This document shows, one piece after another, positions 61,410-64,000 of a stretch of DNA of 64,000 nucleotides (the first letter of the stretch is position 1; every line of letters begins with the position of its first letter). The stretch covers positions 1,736,001 through 1,800,000 of the forward strand of contig OZ287076.1 of NCBI GenBank assembly GCA_965645245.1. Reading direction: 5' to 3'. Source of the stretch: Massalongia carnosa (Eukaryota). The notes beneath the pieces are model-generated. The model saw only the letters and a list, made by a program, of their open reading frames with translations. It was not told where the DNA came from and did not search any database. The translations under genes were made by a program, and so were the position numbers.

Positions 61410-62738
61410 CGTTACACACTCTCAGCAACGGGACTATGTCAGAGTGGGACCGATTCGCTTGCGGTTCAGACACAATCCACCCTGAGAAGTAGTGAAATGT
61501 GATGGAAGAAGATACTATACCCCACCAAAAAATGTCGAAGGGTGGGTAGCAACTATGCTGCAAGTCAAGTTCCAAGGAATACTCGTTGAGTGCGTCGAGT
61601 TTTCATCCAGATTCAGGAGCGACAAAGGCCTCCCCCCACCGCTCGGCGCAGTCGATTAGCCACCTCGAAGAGTTAGCAAACACGAAAGCAATCGGAAACA
61701 ATGCGATAGCAAATGCGCATGTATGGTGTTTGCGCAGGCTATGTTGTTGACGATGGCGGACGTATAAAGGTCAGTAGATGGTTTGACTGATTTCCCAACA
61801 GTAGGAGAAACGGCCTAGGTACAAGCTAATCAAAGAACGGTCTAGTGTCTATGAACCCATTGGACCGAAGCCTACTAAACGCTCTAGGCGTAGCTTATAT
61901 TTAGGAGCTTAGGTGCTTAGGTAACCAAAAAGAAGCGGCAGGGATAATTAACAAAGCTGAGTCAGCATGGGATTTCAAGAACATACTTTTTTCTCTTTTA
62001 TCCTTACATATCATGTAATGACTTTGTGTTCTATGTTATTCTCACTATTTATTAATGCGAGTTTATCCATAGCTACCTAAACCGCAGATCTCGTTTTGCA
62101 GAACGGAAGAATGAGAGTTGTATGTAGGTATCGGGACCAAAAAAGTTGCGACATCAAATCATCATTGAGAGCTTTAAAAGCGTTTCTATTGCCACCTTTT
62201 TTTATATAGTACAACACTGAAGAGTATTCCAGATCAGTTATTTGAAACACAATCACAGTCCGATAGATGATTTTTCATCATTGAAGTGATTCCTGAACCC
62301 GAAATTACGAGTTTGGTGTCGCAGCACTTGTTTGGTCCCTTCGTACTAGGTACCTCCCGTGCCTACCTACATAGTATGCCTAGGTATGTAACTTTTGACA
62401 TCCAATCAAGGTTTGGGGTCTCGGGGTATCTCTAATCCTTGCACCGGCGGCGGGATCTGCCGTAAGTTGGAGCCACTGTCACATGTGGGGAATATCTGAT
62501 CTGCTGAACACGAATGTGTGGATTGATCTGTAGTTTTGACAATCCGGTTAATTTGACTTCGGGTAAGTTTCATGAATCAACCATCTGCAACCACCGTGAT
62601 CAGGAACTGTATCGAATTGCATTAGCCAGCCTCGTTCAAGCGTTGTAGAGCTGCGAGTAGAAGAAGGTGAAGCCTCATGCGCATTGATTTACAAGGATGG
62701 CCGTCGCTAACATTTCATGGTGTCACTAGGTATGAAGT

Positions 62739-64000
62739 ATGACGGCCGTAGTATCTTCGCAGCTTGGAGCTCATCAGCAGCCGTCAAATCGCGAGAATAT
62801 TGCCGATTATGTAAACGCTCAGCTGCGACAATCGTCATCACAGCCTCCAAGGTGGGCTGGCAATAACACCTCACTACATCAAGGCTTTTCAAGTCAACAA
62901 AATGGCCGTGGAAGACCTGCCAATGACCGAACGGTTACACGAACTAGCTCGAGGAGTTTGGCTCAATCAAGCTCAGAAGTTGGAGGGGTTGATCGGCAGG
63001 CACAAAAACCGACAGAGACCACTGAGAGCCAAACTCCACTCATCTCAAGGCCAGTAGGACAGACCGCGAGAGCAAACACCGATATTGGTCCGCGGAGACC
63101 ATCCCCACTCCCAAAGCATGAAGTAGCAGAAGAGAATTGGGAGCTACGGCATGGCTGGGAAGATCAGTATAACTCAAGCGAGTATCTTGGACTGTTAAGC
63201 TCGGTGAGAACACGAAACAAATATCAAGGACACTGTGCTCAAATAATTGATAAGCTAATCATATGTTTGACAGGCTTTTTACATGTACTATACCGACAAG
63301 CGCCACGAGACTGGGGGCAAACCCAAAGAGGAAGATCACAATCATCCACCTCAAGAATGGCGGATGAGGGATCGTTTAAAGACTGTATCTGCCGCGCTTG
63401 CGATTTGTCTCAATATTGGCGTGGATCCTCCGGACGTAGTGAAGACAAATCCAACTGCAAAGCTTGAATGTTGGATAGATCCCACCCTTTCAACAGCAGC
63501 AAGCTCGAAAACCATGGAGCACATTGGCAAAAAATTACAGGAGCAGTATGAGACCCTAAGCATTCGTGTGAGATACAAGGTATTTCTAGATCCTTCGGTA
63601 GATGAGACGCGAAAATTCTGTACTTCGTTGCGGAGAAACGCAAAAGACGAGAGGATTCTATTTCATTACAACGGGCACGGCGTTCCTTTGCCGACCCAAT
63701 CTGGGGAAATATGGGTATTCAATAAGACCTATACGCAATATATACCTGTGTCATTGTATGACCTTCAGGCATGGTTGGGAGCGCCAAGTCTTTACGTCTT
63801 TGATTGCTCGCACGCTGGCAATATTATACAGAACTTTGATCGATTTGTTGAAAAGCATGAGACCGAAAATGCAGACTTAAGACAGCAAGATCCGAACGTT
63901 CAGCTCCAGACTTATAGCGACAATATACAGTTAGCTGCTTGTGGAAAATCCGAGTCCCTTCCCACAAGCCCCGATCTACCTGCAGACCTGTTCACTTGCT
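62739..64000 (+). CDS. KOG1: TORC1 scaffold Kog1/Raptor, 5' part (runs off the window)
   Basis: RHGWEDQYNSSEYL, intron 63204-63273, then YMYYTDKRH, WRMRDRLKTVSAALAICLNIGVDPPDVVK, LFHYNGHGVP, DLPADLFTC (Raptor N-terminal domain). Start codon position is tentative. Confidence 0.93.

Noticed and set aside
1..64000. tRNA, rRNA, CRISPR array or Starship captain recombinase
   Set aside because: No cloverleaf, rRNA signature, spaced repeat array or DUF3435-like ORF recognised by eye; a tRNAscan/Infernal/HMM run would be needed to exclude them fully.

Overview
Eukaryotic DNA from a filamentous ascomycete (short GT-AG introns with CTAAC/CTGAC branch sites; Pezizomycotina-type genes). The window has two distinct halves. 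The left ~30 kb is a gene-sparse accessory region rich in conflict and cell-death genes. It holds a secreted Cys-rich protein, an alpha/beta-hydrolase-NB-ARC-TPR NLR, an intact Spok-family (spore-killer-type) nuclease-kinase gene, a small Ser/Thr-rich putative GPI protein, an internally deleted HET-family pseudogene and a decayed hAT transposon with intact TIRs and an 8-bp TSD. It also holds a head-to-head pair of a HeLo-pseudokinase (MLKL-like architecture) and a kinase-Sel1-ankyrin gene. The right ~32 kb is compact housekeeping territory (SSZ1, RRP40, RPS27, a Yap-type bZIP, PLP2, SEC21, cytosolic AspRS, a Kel1/TeaA kelch protein and the 5' part of KOG1) and also contains an intact cellular reverse-transcriptase-related rvt gene. 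The best candidate for an undescribed system is the divergent HeLo-pseudokinase / kinase-ankyrin pair, which resembles a fungal RIPK-MLKL-type cell-death module. All family assignments are from motif recognition by eye; no database searches were run.
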